A DNA stretch of 64,000 nucleotides from a virus: IMG/VR virus record IMGVR_UViG_3300045988_083782. One strand, written 5' to 3'. Positions within the stretch are counted from its first letter, which is position 1, and each line of letters opens with the position of its first letter. Of the stretch, positions 63,400-64,000 are shown piece after piece. Below the pieces are notes generated by a model. That model saw nothing but the letters and a program-made list of their open reading frames with translations, was not told the DNA's origin and did not search any database. Position numbers and translations under genes: made by a program.

Positions 63400-64000
63400 T
63401 GTGTTGATATAATAGTTAGATACCTAAAGAAATTTGACACTTATTGTTCAGTTAGTGTCAGACTGTCAAGCACCTCATTAAGCATATCGAGGTAATAGCT
63501 TATTCCCATCTATACTTGCTTTGGTTAGTTGCTACTAAAGGATGCACTCACAGCGAACCTAACTGTGTCCTTACCATATGGTTTTACTATTATAATCTAT
63601 TAATGTGCATTTTACACCTAAAACTTAAAACTAAAGGAATTCTCTACTCTGGCATTATGACCCTAGGGATCAATGTTGTAGTAGCTAAGTATTTATGTGG
63701 ATAGTCCACAACCTTTAGATTCACATAAGAAACTGGTGCCCTCAATGTCTTGGGAAGTTATTGAGTTTTTTAGAGTGAGATACACATTAGGCAAAGCTCT
63801 CGAGTTTGTACGTGAGAGAGTACACAGATTTATAAAGGTCTTATATGCCCTTTTGACCTATAAATTCAATATAAGGCTTTGTAATTTCATCAAAAGCCTT
63901 TAGAAAACTTCCAGTATTTCACTATGACTGCATTTCACATAGTGTTACTTGAATCTCGCTCAAGTGCAAAGTTCTAATCTCGTAGAACACAATATAGACT
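63400..64000. other. ORF-poor non-coding stretch running to the window edge
   Basis: Only two weak (+) ORFs of 62 and 68 aa. Hairpins lie at 63885-63912 (AAGGCTTT/AAAGCCTT) and 63921-63948 (CACTATG/CATAGTG). Composition resembles 50241-52250. Confidence 0.4.

Noticed and set aside
1-64000. CRISPR arrays, integrase/attachment sites, transposases, rRNA
   Set aside because: No spaced direct-repeat arrays were seen. No recombinase or transposase motifs appear in any ORF, and there are no rRNA-like stretches. The tRNA-like elements are not adjacent to any integrase.

Overview
This window looks like part of a large crAss-like (Crassvirales-type) phage of Bacteroidota. It is AT-rich, has no integrase or rRNA, and is built from two convergent gene modules that meet at a bidirectional terminator near 34.0 kb. 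All calls rest on motif reading by eye; no homology or covariance searches were run.

**Late (+) module, 198-34001.** It encodes tail/fibre-like proteins, ejected cargo proteins and a giant virion RNA-polymerase-like protein carrying a DFDID motif. It is only translatable if TAG is a sense codon. The six-frame fragments then collapse into 17 back-to-back genes, including one of about 13.2 kb and one of about 4.8 kb. All 17 terminate at TAA or TGA.

**Replication/early (-) module, 34069-63399.** It reads normally under the standard code. Recognisable products are a family B DNA polymerase, a DnaB-like helicase, a TOPRIM primase, an SSB-like protein, a Sak4-like ATPase, PD-(D/E)XK nucleases, AAA+ ATPases, an ECF sigma factor with a membrane partner, and a protein with a ribosomal L7/L12 C-terminal-like domain. 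The rest are many small genes of unknown function. The module almost completely avoids TAG, with two exceptions:
- an in-frame TAG at codon 9 of a small resolvase-like nuclease gene;
- one TAG-terminated gene.

**Other notable features:**
- a roughly 2-kb ORF-free block (50241-52250) and further long non-coding spacers;
- five tRNA-like elements with canonical T-arms and acceptor helices but aberrant anticodon regions or lengths; none has a recognisable CUA anticodon;
- a recurring AT-rich leader motif in front of many (-) genes.
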